From: Montanilutibacter psychrotolerans
GTDB lineage: Bacteria; Pseudomonadota; Gammaproteobacteria; Xanthomonadales; Xanthomonadaceae
Assembly: GCF_003719825.1 (NCBI RefSeq)
Contig: NZ_RIBS01000008.1
Coordinates: 51,324-115,323 of the forward strand
Length of the DNA stretch: 64,000 bases
Reading direction: 5' to 3'
This document shows, one piece after another, positions 1 through 10,342 of this stretch. Within the stretch, counting starts at the first letter, position 1. Each line of letters starts with the position of its first letter. Position numbers and translations under genes: made by a program. Below the pieces are notes generated by a model. That model did no database searches. It saw nothing but the letters and a program-made list of their open reading frames with translations, and was not told the origin of the DNA.

Positions 1-260
1 CGAAACCGAACTGGATCCGCGAAAGCATCAATGCATCCACGCCGCTATCTCCGCGGCGCGCGGGATGTCGCCGCGCCGGGCATTGTGCGCCGCAGCGTAG
101 GCGAGGAACAGCATCAGTTGCCCTCCCCAATCTGCGCATCAGTGCCAGGAACGCCGCCACTGGGGCCTTTCAGCCAAGGTGACGGCATGACCGATGGCCC
201 GATTGCGCACAGCGGCGGGCTGCTACGCTGCGGCCGGTTTCCCTAACGCCCGGCCCCTCG

Positions 261-2669
261 ATGCGCCTGTCCCCGGTCTCGCTTGCTGTCTCGCTCCTGT
301 TGCTCGCCGCCTCCGCGCACGCCCAGGACCCCGCTCCCCGGACCGCCACCGCAGGCCCGCTGGCGATCAGCCTGGAACAGGCGATGGCCGACCCGGACTG
401 GATCGGCTCGCCGGTCGAACAGGCCTGGTGGTCGTGGGACGGACAGCGTGCGCAGTACCTGCTCAAGCGCGAGGGCGCGACGGTCCGCGACACCTGGCAG
501 CAGGCGGTCGCCGGCGGCACGGCCGCGCGACTGGACGGCTCGGCGCGCTCCGACCTAGACGCGGCCAATCCCGCCTACGACGCGCAGCGCACGCGCATGG
601 CGTTCGTGCGCAACGGCGATGTGTTCGTTCGCGATCTGCGCAGCGGCGCGCTGACCCAGGTCACGCGCAGCAACGACACCGAGGCGCTGCCGCAGTGGAG
701 TCGCGACGGCAACCTCGTGTTCCGGGTCGACAACCTCTGGTACCAGTGGCGCGCCGGACAGAGCGTGAGCCAGGCCGCGGTGGTCAAGGCCGAGAAGGAC
801 CCGGCGGCCGCACCCAAGCCCGACGACCTGCGCGACCGGCAGCTGGCGATGATCCGCACGCTCAAGGACGACAAGGCGCGCCGCGAGGCCGCCCGTGACC
901 AGGACGCCGCCTGGCGCGACGCCGATCCCAGCCGCGCGCCGGTACCGGCCTACCTGGGCGAAGACGTCGAGATCGTCGACAGCGCCCTGTCGCCCGACGC
1001 GCGCTGGCTGCTCGTGGTCACCCAGGAGAAGGACGGTGACGGCGGGCAGGACGGCAAGATGCCCAAGTACGTGACCGAATCGGGTTACGAGGAGTTCGAG
1101 GAAGTCCGCACCCGCGTGGGCCGCAACGCGCCGTTGCCGCACACGCTGTGGCTGGTCGACGCGTCCGCCGGAACCGCGCGCAAGGTCGGCTTCGGTACGT
1201 TGCCGGGGATCGCCGAGGATCCGCTGGCGGCGATGCGCAAGGCGGCCAAGGCCGACCCGTTGCAGGGCGATCGCGCCGTGCGCATCGAAACCGACGGCGA
1301 CGGCACGGGCCCGGCCATCCACTGGAGCGATGACGGCCGCGAGGTCGCGGTGATGCTGCGCGCGGTGGACAACAAGGACCGCTGGATCGCCACGCTCGAC
1401 CTGGCCGGCGCGCGCCTGCAACCGCGCCACCGCCTCACCGATCCGGCGTGGATCAACTGGAACTTCAACGACTTCGGCTGGACGACCGCGGACGGCGGCA
1501 ACGCGCTGTGGTTCCTGTCCGAGCACAGCGGCTACTCGCACCTTTACCTGAGCCAGTCCGGCGCCGCGCCGCGCGCGCTGACCTCGGGCCGCTGGGAGGC
1601 GTCGACGCCGCAGCTTGGCGCGGATGGCCGCACGTTCTACTTCACCTGCAACCGCGCCCGCCCCGGCGACTACGAGGTCTGCGCGGTCGACCGCGACGGC
1701 GGCGAGGTGCGCGAGGTCACACGGCTCGATGGCGTCGAGGACTTCAGCCTGTCGCCCGATGGCAGCGCGCTGCTGGTGCGGCATTCGCGCAGCTACCTGC
1801 CGCCGCAGCTGTCGGTGGTGGCATCCAGCGGCGGCGACGCGCGCCAGCTCACCGACACGCGCACCGACGCGTTCAAGGCGCGCGAGTGGATCCAGCCCGA
1901 GACCGTGCAGGTGCCCAGCCGCCACGGCGCGGGCACGGTCTGGGGCAAGTTCTACGGCCCCAAGGTGCACGAACCGGGCCGCAAGTACCCGATCGTGATG
2001 TTCGTGCACGGCGCCGGCTACCTGCAGAACGTCAGCGAGCGCTACCCGAACTACTTCCGCGAGCAGATGTTCCACAACCTGCTGGTCCAGGAAGGCTACG
2101 TGGTGCTCGACCTCGACTACCGCGCATCGGAAGGCTACGGCCGCGACTGGCGCACCGACATCTATCGCCAGATGGGGCACCCGGAACTCGAGGACTACCT
2201 CGACGGCCTCGACTGGCTGGTCGAGAGCCACCAGGGCGACCGCGACCGCGCCGGCATCTACGGCGGCAGCTACGGCGGCTTCATGACGTTCATGGCGTTG
2301 TTCCGCAAGCCCGGCGTGTTCAAGGCCGGCGCCGCATTGCGCCCGGTCACCGACTGGTCGCAATACAACCACGAGTACACCGCCAACATCCTCAACACGC
2401 CGCTGCTGGACCCGCAGGCGTACGCGAAATCGTCGCCGATCGAGTACGCCAGCGGCCTGCAGGATCACCTGCTGATTGCCCACGGCATGATCGACGACAA
2501 CGTGTTCTACAAGGACTCGGTGATGCTCGCCCAGAAGCTGATCGAGCTGCGCAAGGACAAGTGGGAACTCGCCAGCTACCCGCTTGAACGCCACGGCTTC
2601 ACCCACCCCGACAGCTGGTACGACGAGTACCGGCGCATCCACGAGTTGTTCGAAAAGACGTTGAAGTGA
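261..2669 (+). CDS. Secreted S9-family serine peptidase (dipeptidyl-peptidase IV / prolyl oligopeptidase-like), 802 aa
   Basis: N-terminal signal peptide (MRLSPVSLAVSLLLLAASAHA). The N-terminal half has a propeller-like DPP-IV character. The C-terminal alpha/beta-hydrolase has the GGSYGG nucleophile elbow and a typical S9 catalytic region. Confidence 0.85.
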   Translation: MRLSPVSLAVSLLLLAASAHAQDPAPRTATAGPLAISLEQAMADPDWIGSPVEQAWWSWDGQRAQYLLKREGATVRDTWQQAVAGGTAARLDGSARSDLDAANPAYDAQRTRMAFVRNGDVFVRDLRSGALTQVTRSNDTEALPQWSRDGNLVFRVDNLWYQWRAGQSVSQAAVVKAEKDPAAAPKPDDLRDRQLAMIRTLKDDKARREAARDQDAAWRDADPSRAPVPAYLGEDVEIVDSALSPDARWLLVVTQEKDGDGGQDGKMPKYVTESGYEEFEEVRTRVGRNAPLPHTLWLVDASAGTARKVGFGTLPGIAEDPLAAMRKAAKADPLQGDRAVRIETDGDGTGPAIHWSDDGREVAVMLRAVDNKDRWIATLDLAGARLQPRHRLTDPAWINWNFNDFGWTTADGGNALWFLSEHSGYSHLYLSQSGAAPRALTSGRWEASTPQLGADGRTFYFTCNRARPGDYEVCAVDRDGGEVREVTRLDGVEDFSLSPDGSALLVRHSRSYLPPQLSVVASSGGDARQLTDTRTDAFKAREWIQPETVQVPSRHGAGTVWGKFYGPKVHEPGRKYPIVMFVHGAGYLQNVSERYPNYFREQMFHNLLVQEGYVVLDLDYRASEGYGRDWRTDIYRQMGHPELEDYLDGLDWLVESHQGDRDRAGIYGGSYGGFMTFMALFRKPGVFKAGAALRPVTDWSQYNHEYTANILNTPLLDPQAYAKSSPIEYASGLQDHLLIAHGMIDDNVFYKDSVMLAQKLIELRKDKWELASYPLERHGFTHPDSWYDEYRRIHELFEKTLK

Positions 2670-2823
2670 GTCCGGCCGGCGCCGGGCCGGCTGAACGCGC
2701 CATCGCAACGATGAGGAACGCGCTCGACACCGTGCTCGTCCGCCTGCCCTCGCACGACGGTGGCAACGCGCCAGCCGGCCGCGGAAAGCGGCATCTGCGG
2801 TGCGCGCCACTACAATGCGCGCC

Positions 2824-3762
2824 ATGACCGATACCGCCAGCCTTCCCGCGGCCGACAGCTTCGAGCGCGTCCGCGACTACCTCACCGGTCTGCAGGACCG
2901 CATCTGCGCAGCGATCGAAACCGCCGACGGCGGTGCGCGGTTCGTCGAGGATGCGTGGACACGCGAAGAAGGCGGCGGTGGCCGCACGCGCATCCTGCGC
3001 GGCGGCAACGTGTTCGAGCAGGCCGGCATCGGCTTCTCTGACGTTTCCGGCACGCGGCTGCCACCGTCGGCAAGCGCCGCGCGCCCGGAACTGGCCGGCG
3101 CCTCGTGGCGTGCGGTCGGCGTGTCGCTGGTGTTTCACCCGCACAACCCCTACCTGCCGACCACCCACGCCAACGTGCGCCACTTTCGCGCGGTGCGCGA
3201 TGGCCAGACCGTCGCCTGGTGGTTCGGTGGCGGCTTCGACCTGACCCCGTTCTACCCGTTCGACGAGGACGTGCTGCATTGGCACCGCACCGCCCGCGCG
3301 CTGTGCGAGCCGTTCGGCGGCAGCGATCGCTACGACGCGCACAAGCGTTGGTGCGACGAGTACTTCCTGCTGAAGCACCGCAACGAGACGCGCGGCGTTG
3401 GCGGGCTGTTCTTCGATGACCTGCACGGGGACTTCGAACGCGACTTCGCCTACCAGCGCGCGGTCGGCGACGGCTTCCTGGATGCCTACCTGCCGCTGGT
3501 CGATCGTCGCCGCGGCCTGCCGTACGGCGAGCGCGAACGCGCGTTCCAGCTCTATCGGCGCGGTCGCTACGTGGAGTTCAACCTGGTGTTCGACCGCGGC
3601 ACGCTGTTCGGCCTGCAGTCGGGCGGCCGCACCGAATCGATCCTGATGAGCCTGCCGCCGCTGGTGCGCTGGGAGTACGGGTTTACGCCGGAGCCCGGCA
3701 GCGCCGAAGCGCGGCTGGCCGACTACCTTCGCCCGCGCGACTGGCTGTCCGAACTGGCCTGA
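2824..3762 (+). CDS. hemF: Oxygen-dependent coproporphyrinogen-III oxidase
   Basis: Near-colinear match to E. coli HemF over its whole length (e.g. [89 protein letters not shown]). The ORF track starts at GTG 2800. In-frame ATGs at 2815 and 2824 fit the E. coli N-terminus length better. Confidence 0.93.
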   Translation: MTDTASLPAADSFERVRDYLTGLQDRICAAIETADGGARFVEDAWTREEGGGGRTRILRGGNVFEQAGIGFSDVSGTRLPPSASAARPELAGASWRAVGVSLVFHPHNPYLPTTHANVRHFRAVRDGQTVAWWFGGGFDLTPFYPFDEDVLHWHRTARALCEPFGGSDRYDAHKRWCDEYFLLKHRNETRGVGGLFFDDLHGDFERDFAYQRAVGDGFLDAYLPLVDRRRGLPYGERERAFQLYRRGRYVEFNLVFDRGTLFGLQSGGRTESILMSLPPLVRWEYGFTPEPGSAEARLADYLRPRDWLSELA

Positions 3763-3812
3763 GCGTCGCGCTGGGCTCACCGCGGGGCGCAGCGCCCACG
3801 ATGCGCGGGCAG

Positions 3813-4307
3813 TCAGGGTGCCTCGTCGTCGTCGCGCAGCTCGATGCTGATCCGCCCGTTGGTTTCCAGCAACGCCAATCGGACGCGGGCAAGATCGCCG
3901 CAACCGGATTCACGCATCGCCTCGTCGAAATCGGCGCGACTGACCAGCTCGCGCCGCAGGACCTGCTGGAACACGTGGCCATCGCGCGCCAGCACCACCG
4001 GCTCGCCCTCGATCAGGCGGCGAGCCGCGGGCTTGCGCGCCGACAGCCAGGCCACCGCATAGTTCAGCGAAAGCAGGCACAACGACAGCACCAGCGCCGT
4101 GGTCAGCGAGTTGTCCCCACCGTTGAGGCCGTTCTGAACCGCGTTGCCGATCAGGATCAACAGCACCAGGTCGAAGGGCGTCATCTGCCCGACCGCGCGC
4201 TTGCCCGACATGCGCAGCAACAGCATCACGCCCAGGTACACCGCCATCGGGCGCAGCACCAGCTCCCACCACGGCAGGCTCGGTTCCCATATCGAGGACG
4301 GTTCCAT
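3813..4307 (-). CDS. DUF421 (YetF/YcaP-like) membrane protein
   Basis: Two N-terminal TM helices followed by the conserved DUF421 soluble region (GKRAVGQMTPFDLVLLILIGN...). I took the start at internal Met MEPSSIW; the longer ORF (to 4433) has an Arg/Cys-rich N-terminus that looks non-coding. Confidence 0.7.
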   Translation of the reverse strand: MEPSSIWEPSLPWWELVLRPMAVYLGVMLLLRMSGKRAVGQMTPFDLVLLILIGNAVQNGLNGGDNSLTTALVLSLCLLSLNYAVAWLSARKPAARRLIEGEPVVLARDGHVFQQVLRRELVSRADFDEAMRESGCGDLARVRLALLETNGRISIELRDDDEAP

Positions 4308-4479
4308 CCAGCGTCTCCCATCCACCACGACGGCGGCAGTCCGCCGATCGCAGCAAGACAGGCGTGAGTGCGATGCAAACGCGCGCTGTCGATTGCCGGT
4401 GCGACGTTGTGCCGACGCAATCCATCGCAGCAACGCGCGGCAAAGCGCAGGCGAATTCCCGGCAAACCGCAGGCAATAA

Positions 4480-4522
4480 AAAGCCCCGCTGGCAGGGGGG
4501 GCCGGCGGGGCTGGTGGAGCGG
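4480..4522 (-). terminator. Rho-independent terminator downstream of polA
   Basis: Perfect GC hairpin agccccgc...gcggggct preceded on the + strand by aataaaaa, which gives a U-run after the stem on the minus-strand transcript. Confidence 0.5.
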
Positions 4523-4713
4523 GGCCTGGGGAGGGGCCGTCGCTCCGGGATCACTCCAGGGGAGGGAGAGATCAGCGACAGACGTTGCATCTGTCGCGGC
4601 CTATATGACCACCATATCCATGGATAGTTCGTGAAGATGAGAGTTAAGAAAATGTTGGGTTCAGGAGCGATTCACTCCGACATCTTCGGCAAACACGCGT
4701 TCATCTTCCGTGT

Positions 4714-7482
4714 TTAGTGCGCTTCTTCCCAATTGTCGCCGACGCCACTGTCGACCACCAGAGGCACCCGCAGGTCGGCGGCAGCGACCATTCGTCGCCC
4801 GGCTTCCTCGAGCAGGGTTGGCACGAAATCCGCATCAGCCTCGAACACCAGTTCGTCGTGCACCTGCAGCACCATCAGCGCCTGACCGCCTTGCCCGGCC
4901 AGCCAGGCGTCGATGGCGATCATCGCCCGCTTGATGATGTCGGCGGCGGTGCCCTGCATCGGCGCGTTGATCGCGGCGCGCTCGGCGCCGGCGCGCAGCC
5001 CCTGATTGCGTGCGGCGATGTTCTCCAGGTACAGCCGGCGACCGAACACGGTCTCGACGTAGCCCTTCTCGCGCGCGTCCTGCCGGGTGCGCTCCATGAA
5101 CTCGCGCACGCCCGGGTACCGGCTGAAGTACAGCGCGATGTAGTCCTGCGCCTCGCCACGGCCGATGCCCAGTTGCTTGGCCAGGCCGAAGGCACTCATG
5201 CCGTACATCAGGCCGAAATTGATCGCCTTGGCGGCGCGGCGCTCGTTGGGGTCCACCTGGTCGATGGACTTTCCGAACACCTCGGCCGCCGTCGCGCGGT
5301 GGACGTCGGCGCCGGATGCGAACGCACGCAGCAACGCGGGGTCCTCGGACAGGTGCGCCATGATCCGCAGCTCGATCTGCGAGTAGTCGCAGGCGACGAT
5401 CTTTCGGCCCGCCGGTGCGACGAACGCGGTGCGGATGCGTCGGCCATCGTCGGTGCGGATCGGGATGTTCTGCAGGTTCGGATCGCTGGATGCCAGGCGA
5501 CCGGTCGCCGCGCCCGCCTGGTGGTAGCTGGTGTGCACGCGCCCGGTGTCGGGGTTGACCATCTCCGGCAGCTTGTCGGTGTAGGTGCTGCGCAACTTGG
5601 CCAGGCCGCGGTAGTCGAGGATGACGCGCGGCAGTTCGTGCTGGTCGGCAATCGCCTCCAGCGCCTCTTCGTTGGTCGACGGCGCCCCGCCCGGCGTCTT
5701 CACCAGTGCCGGGAGCTTGAGCTCGTCGAACAGCAGCTGGCCCAGTTGCTTGGGCGAATCGAGGTTGAACGTGCGGCCGGCCAGCTCGGTGGCCTTCTGC
5801 TGGGCGGCAAGCATGCGCCGGCCCAGGTCCGCCGACTGCCGGCGCAGCTCGGCGCCATCGATCAGCACGCCGTTGGCCTCGATGCGCGCCAGCACCGGCA
5901 CCAGCGGCATCTCGATGTCGCGGTACACGGGCCCCAGCGAGGGCTCGCCGGCCAGCCGCGCCGACAGCACGCGGTGCAGGCGCAGGGTGATGTCCGCGTC
6001 CTCGGCCGCGTAGCGGGTGGCGTCGTCCAATGCGACCTGTGAAAACAGGATCTGCTTGGCGCCCTTGCCGGCAACGTCGCTGAACTTGATGGTGTCGTAG
6101 CCCAGGTACCGCTTGGCCAGCGAATCCATGTCGTGGCGGCTGGCGGTGGCGTTGAACACGAAGCTCTCCAGCATCGTGTCGTCGGCGTAGGCGTTGACCT
6201 CGATGCCGTGGCGACGCAGCACGTGCAGGTCGTACTTGCCGTGCTGGCCAAGCTTGCGCTTGCCCGGGTCGGCAAACACGCCGCGCAGCGCATCGAGCAC
6301 ATGTTCGCGCGGCAGCTGCGTCGGCGCCCCCGGATAATCGTGGCCCACCGGGATGTAGCACGCCTTGCCGGGCTCGGTTGCGAAGCTCAGGCCAACCAGG
6401 TTGGCGCGCATCGCGTCGAGCGAGTCGGTCTCGGTATCGAACGCGAACTCGTCGCAGGCCTGCAGGCGTGCGCACCAGGCGTCGAGCTGTTCGTCGGTGA
6501 CCACCATGTCGTACTCGCCGGGCGCCGACAGCGCCGCGTCGGGCACGTCCTCCGCCGGCGCGACCGAGCGCGCGTAGCCGGCAGCGGTGTTGCGCACGCC
6601 ACCACCGTCGGCGGTGGCGGCCGTGCCACCCAGCTCGCGCAGCGCCTGCTTGAAGCCGTAGCGCGCGTACAGGCCGCTCAGCGCATCGACCTGCTGCTGG
6701 CGAAGCAGCAGCTGGTCGGGCGCCTGCTCCAGCGCGACGTCGGTGCGGATGGTTGCCAGTTCGCGGTTCAACGGCAGGCGCACCAGGGCGGCGCGCAGGT
6801 TCTCGCCGATTTTCCCCTTGATCGCATCGGCGTTGGCAATCACCGCGTCCAGCGTGCCGAATTCGGCCAGCCATTTGGCCGCGGTCTTGGGTCCGCACTT
6901 GTCGACCCCGGGGATGTTGTCGACGCTGTCGCCCATCAGCGACAGGTAGTCGATGATCTGGTCGGCGCGTACGCCGAACTTGGCCATCACCGACGCATCG
7001 GAGTCCAGTCGACTGCCGCTCATCGTGTTGACCAGCGCGATGCCGGGGCCGCCTTCCTGCTGCCTGACCAACTGGGCGAAGTCCTTGTCGCCGGTCGAGA
7101 TGGTGACGTCGATTCCGGCCGCCACGGCCTGCACCGCCAGCGTTCCGATCACGTCGTCGGCTTCGACGCCGGGCACGCGCAGGATGTCGATGCCAAGCGC
7201 ATGCACGATGTCGCACATCGGCTGTACCTGCGAGCGCAGGTCGTCGGGCATCGGCGGTCGATTCGCCTTGTACTGCTCGTCGAGGTCGTCGCGGAACGTC
7301 CTGCCGGGCGCGTCGACCACGAAGGCGGCGTAGTCGGGCTGTTCCTTGAGCGTGGCGCGCAGCATGTTGACCACGCCGAACAGGGCGCCGGTCGGTTCGC
7401 CGGCGTCGTTGCTCAGTGGCGGCAACGCATGGAATGCGCGGTACAGGTAGCTGGAACCGTCGATCAGCACGAGTCTTTTCAT
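4714..7482 (-). CDS. polA: DNA polymerase I
   Basis: N-terminus MKRLVLIDGSSYLYRAFHALPPL is the 5'-3' exonuclease signature. A 3'-5' exonuclease region and C-terminal polymerase motifs (e.g. RRAAKAINFGLMYGMSAFGL, QVHDELVFE) are present. I used the start at Met40 of the listed ORF, the hallmark PolA N-terminus. Confidence 0.97.
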   Translation of the reverse strand: MKRLVLIDGSSYLYRAFHALPPLSNDAGEPTGALFGVVNMLRATLKEQPDYAAFVVDAPGRTFRDDLDEQYKANRPPMPDDLRSQVQPMCDIVHALGIDILRVPGVEADDVIGTLAVQAVAAGIDVTISTGDKDFAQLVRQQEGGPGIALVNTMSGSRLDSDASVMAKFGVRADQIIDYLSLMGDSVDNIPGVDKCGPKTAAKWLAEFGTLDAVIANADAIKGKIGENLRAALVRLPLNRELATIRTDVALEQAPDQLLLRQQQVDALSGLYARYGFKQALRELGGTAATADGGGVRNTAAGYARSVAPAEDVPDAALSAPGEYDMVVTDEQLDAWCARLQACDEFAFDTETDSLDAMRANLVGLSFATEPGKACYIPVGHDYPGAPTQLPREHVLDALRGVFADPGKRKLGQHGKYDLHVLRRHGIEVNAYADDTMLESFVFNATASRHDMDSLAKRYLGYDTIKFSDVAGKGAKQILFSQVALDDATRYAAEDADITLRLHRVLSARLAGEPSLGPVYRDIEMPLVPVLARIEANGVLIDGAELRRQSADLGRRMLAAQQKATELAGRTFNLDSPKQLGQLLFDELKLPALVKTPGGAPSTNEEALEAIADQHELPRVILDYRGLAKLRSTYTDKLPEMVNPDTGRVHTSYHQAGAATGRLASSDPNLQNIPIRTDDGRRIRTAFVAPAGRKIVACDYSQIELRIMAHLSEDPALLRAFASGADVHRATAAEVFGKSIDQVDPNERRAAKAINFGLMYGMSAFGLAKQLGIGRGEAQDYIALYFSRYPGVREFMERTRQDAREKGYVETVFGRRLYLENIAARNQGLRAGAERAAINAPMQGTAADIIKRAMIAIDAWLAGQGGQALMVLQVHDELVFEADADFVPTLLEEAGRRMVAAADLRVPLVVDSGVGDNWEEAH

Positions 7483-7641
7483 GAGCGCAATTCTACGTGG
7501 TGCACCCTGCGCGGTGCGGGCGACTTGCGGCCACGTCCCGCGCCCGTGCGCCATGTGGCATCCGGGCGCAACGGTCAGCCGGCTGCGCAAAAGCTTCACG
7601 GCAGCGCGCTATCCTGAAACCCCATGCCCAGGAGCACGGCC

Positions 7642-7947
7642 ATGCGTACCGCCGCATCCATCGCGCCGCTGGTGTTGCTGCTGGCCCTCGCCAACGGCTG
7701 CGCCAGCATGCGCGGCAACGACGACCCCACCGCCAACCTGCAGGGCGCGGAGGTCACCACCCGCAACATCGACAACGGCGACGTGATCGAGGAGTACCGG
7801 ATCGTCGGCCAGCTGCGCGTGGTCAAGGTGATCCAGCGGGTCGGACCCACTTATTATCTGATCGACCACGACGGCGACGGCCGTCTCGACAGCCGCCAGG
7901 GCGATGCTCCCATCGCGCCGGTGTACTTCAAGTTGTTTGAATGGTGA
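7642..7947 (+). CDS. Small lipoprotein of unknown function
   Basis: Signal peptide with lipobox LALANGC. AGGAGC Shine-Dalgarno 6 nt upstream of ATG 7642. The stop overlaps the start of the downstream GNAT gene (ATGGTGA). Confidence 0.55.
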   Translation: MRTAASIAPLVLLLALANGCASMRGNDDPTANLQGAEVTTRNIDNGDVIEEYRIVGQLRVVKVIQRVGPTYYLIDHDGDGRLDSRQGDAPIAPVYFKLFEW

Positions 7948-8408
7948 CGGCAATGATCGACAGCGACACCGCAACCGCAACGCCCGGTATCCGCAACGCA
8001 CACGACGAAACCGCATTGCGCGCGACCTGGCCGTTGGTGTCGCAGCTGCGGCCCGAGTTCGACGAAGACCGTTTCGTCGCCCAGATGCTTCGCCAGATCG
8101 ACGACGGGTGCCGCGCCACGGTGCTGTACGACGAAAACGGCGAACCGCGTGCGTTCGCCTGCTGGCGTGTCCTGGAAATGCTCGCCGTCGGCCGGCACGT
8201 CTACGTCGACGACCTCGTCACCGACGCGGCAGCCCGCAGTCGCGGCCATGGCAAGGCGATGCTCGACTGGCTCAAGGACGAGGCGCGAAGGCTTGGCTGC
8301 ACGCGCCTGCAGCTGGACTCGGGCACGCAGCGCCAGCACGCCCATGCCTTCTACCTGCGCGAAGGCCTGCGCATCGAGGCCTTCCATTTCGGCATCGCGC
8401 TGGGTTGA
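7941..8408 (+). CDS. GNAT-family N-acetyltransferase
   Basis: Acetyl-CoA binding motif A region (VDDLVTDAAARSRGHGKAMLDWL) and typical GNAT size (155 aa). Confidence 0.85.
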   Translation: MVTAMIDSDTATATPGIRNAHDETALRATWPLVSQLRPEFDEDRFVAQMLRQIDDGCRATVLYDENGEPRAFACWRVLEMLAVGRHVYVDDLVTDAAARSRGHGKAMLDWLKDEARRLGCTRLQLDSGTQRQHAHAFYLREGLRIEAFHFGIALG

Positions 8409-8628
8409 GCGCGCGCCCTCGCAGGATGGGCTGAGCACAGCAATACCCATCGAGAACCGCTCCGGCCGCTACGACAGAAGAGCGCAGGTCGACCGAAGCT
8501 CAAGGCGCGGCGCTTTTCACAGGACCCGTTTTTCGCTGGCACCGTTGCGGGTGAAAACTCCCCACCCCGGCGCCAGCATCAGGCGCCATCCCGGGCCGGC
8601 AATCACGCTGCCGGTCCTTGTTCCGATC

Positions 8629-10257
8629 TCACCAGTCGGTCGGCCGGTAGTCCTTGAGGAACTGGCCCCACAGGTGGTTGCCGGTGTTGATGCCGTCGAT
8701 GATCGGGTCGAGGATGCGCGCCGCGCCGTCGACGATGTCGAGCGGCGGATGGAAGCGCTCTTCCAGCGTCTTGCGCGCGGCGAGCTCGGCGGGATCTTCG
8801 TCGGTCACCCAGCCGGTGTCGACGCTGTTCATGTGGATGCCGTCGCCGTGGTAATCGGCCGCCGAGGTGCGCGTCATCATGTTGAGCGCGGCCTTGGCCA
8901 TGTTGGTGTGCGGGTGGCGGGTGGTCTTGAAGTTGCGATAGAACTGCCCCTCCATCGCCGACACGTTGACCACGTGCTTATCGCGGCCGGGCGTGCGCAG
9001 CATCAGCGGCTTGAGGCGGGCGTTGAGCAGGAACGGCGCGATGGCGTTGACCAGCTGCACTTCCAGCAACTCCACCGACGGCACCTCGTGCATCAGCAGG
9101 CGCCAGGAATTTCGATCGCGCAGATCGACCTGCTGCAGGTCCTGGTCGAGGCGACCCTCCGGGAACAGATGCGGCTGGGACACCAGCTCATCGGGCATCA
9201 ACGGCAGCTGCGACAGTTCGGCCGCGTGCGTCAGGCCCGGCGCGGCGGAAATGACCTGGCCGAGCACGCTGGCCGCGGTCTCGGCGCTGGCGCCGTCCGA
9301 GGGCAGGCCGATGCCGCCCTCGCGCATGCCTTCGTACCGACCGAGCATGTTGCGCACCTCGGCGGGCGCGGCCGACAGGGCGGCGCGCTCGCCGTCCATC
9401 ATGTGCGCGTAGAAGCTCGGCGGACGACGCACGGTCTGGCAGGCGTTGTTGACGATGAAGTCCAGGCGTTCGTGGGTGGCCAGCAGGCCACGGCAGAACG
9501 CTTCGACACTGGGCGTGTGGCGCAGGTCCAGACCGAAGATCTCGAGTCGATGTCCCCACTGGTCGAAGTCGGGCTCCTGTGCGTAGCGCATTGCCGAATC
9601 GCGCGGGAAGCGCGTGGTGACGATCAGGTGCGCGCCACAGCGCAGCAGCTTCAGGCCGGTCTGGAAGCCGATCTTGACGCGGCCGCCGGTCAGCAATGCC
9701 ACCCGGCCATGCAGGTCGGCCAGCTCGGTGCGCTTGGCGAAGTTGAAGTCCGCGCAGGTCGGACACATCTGGTCGTAGAAGTGGTGGATCAACGTGTACT
9801 TCTGCTTGCACACATAGCAGTGCTGCAGCTCGATCGACTCGCGCCGGCCGATGTGCGCGGCGTCTTCGGCGGGCGGAATGTCGCGCGCCTCGAAGCCGCT
9901 TGGCGGGAAGTAGTTGCTGGCGGTGAACACCGGCTTGCGGCGCAGCTCGCGAATGCCGGTGCTGTCCAGCAGCGCGTCGTCATGACGGATCTGCGCGGCG
10001 TTGCGCTCGCGTTCGGCCGCCTTGAGCCGATTGCGGCGCGCGACCGGATCGGGATGGTAGACGCCGGCGACCGCGCGCTGCAGGCGCTGACGCTGCTCGG
10101 CGGGCAGGCGCTCGAGCAGCGAGTGGTCGGCGGCGACCAGTTCGAGCGCATCGGTGGCCGCGGCCAGGCGCTGCTGCAACTGCTCGTCGGAGAGGGGTTG
10201 CGGGGTAGCGGCTTCGTCCGCGCCGGTGGGTGGCGGGTTGTCGTGCGGGGTGTTCAA
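8629..10257 (-). CDS. Fusion protein: N-terminal helical + CxxC...CxxC zinc-ribbon region, C-terminal SDR-family oxidoreductase
   Basis: C-terminal two-thirds is a short-chain dehydrogenase (Rossmann TGGRVKIGFQTG, active-site region). The N-terminal part contains HCYVCKQKY...MCPTC. The ORF's first ~75 codons are Arg/Pro/Thr-rich and look non-coding. A TTG (10257) is a plausible start; the start is uncertain. Confidence 0.7.
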   Translation of the reverse strand: MNTPHDNPPPTGADEAATPQPLSDEQLQQRLAAATDALELVAADHSLLERLPAEQRQRLQRAVAGVYHPDPVARRNRLKAAERERNAAQIRHDDALLDSTGIRELRRKPVFTASNYFPPSGFEARDIPPAEDAAHIGRRESIELQHCYVCKQKYTLIHHFYDQMCPTCADFNFAKRTELADLHGRVALLTGGRVKIGFQTGLKLLRCGAHLIVTTRFPRDSAMRYAQEPDFDQWGHRLEIFGLDLRHTPSVEAFCRGLLATHERLDFIVNNACQTVRRPPSFYAHMMDGERAALSAAPAEVRNMLGRYEGMREGGIGLPSDGASAETAASVLGQVISAAPGLTHAAELSQLPLMPDELVSQPHLFPEGRLDQDLQQVDLRDRNSWRLLMHEVPSVELLEVQLVNAIAPFLLNARLKPLMLRTPGRDKHVVNVSAMEGQFYRNFKTTRHPHTNMAKAALNMMTRTSAADYHGDGIHMNSVDTGWVTDEDPAELAARKTLEERFHPPLDIVDGAARILDPIIDGINTGNHLWGQFLKDYRPTDW

Positions 10258-10342
10258 GGCGGTGATCCGTGACGAATGCGTGGGGGTGTTGCGTGGGAAC
10301 GGGTTGTGCACGCGGCGGCACGACGGCCGCCGCGCGCGACAC

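Noticed and set aside
31-246. Short ORF upstream of the first S9 peptidase
   Set aside because: Arg/Gly/Pro-rich, no start context or domain. More likely the promoter or 5' region of the peptidase gene (or the tail of an off-window gene).
555-2825. Long antisense ORFs opposite real genes (e.g. 555-2825-, 4835-7216-, 8149-10272+, 12665-15445-, 19164-21287+, 21707-24034+, 26355-29816+, 31774-34014+, 36262-39078+, 43669-46749+, 48005-50512+, 50536-52890+, 53321-55048+, 57991-60549+)
   Set aside because: Arg/Ala/Gly/Pro-rich, low-complexity translations with no recognisable domains. They are typical shadow ORFs of ~70% GC DNA, and the opposite strand carries a clearly conserved protein in each case.
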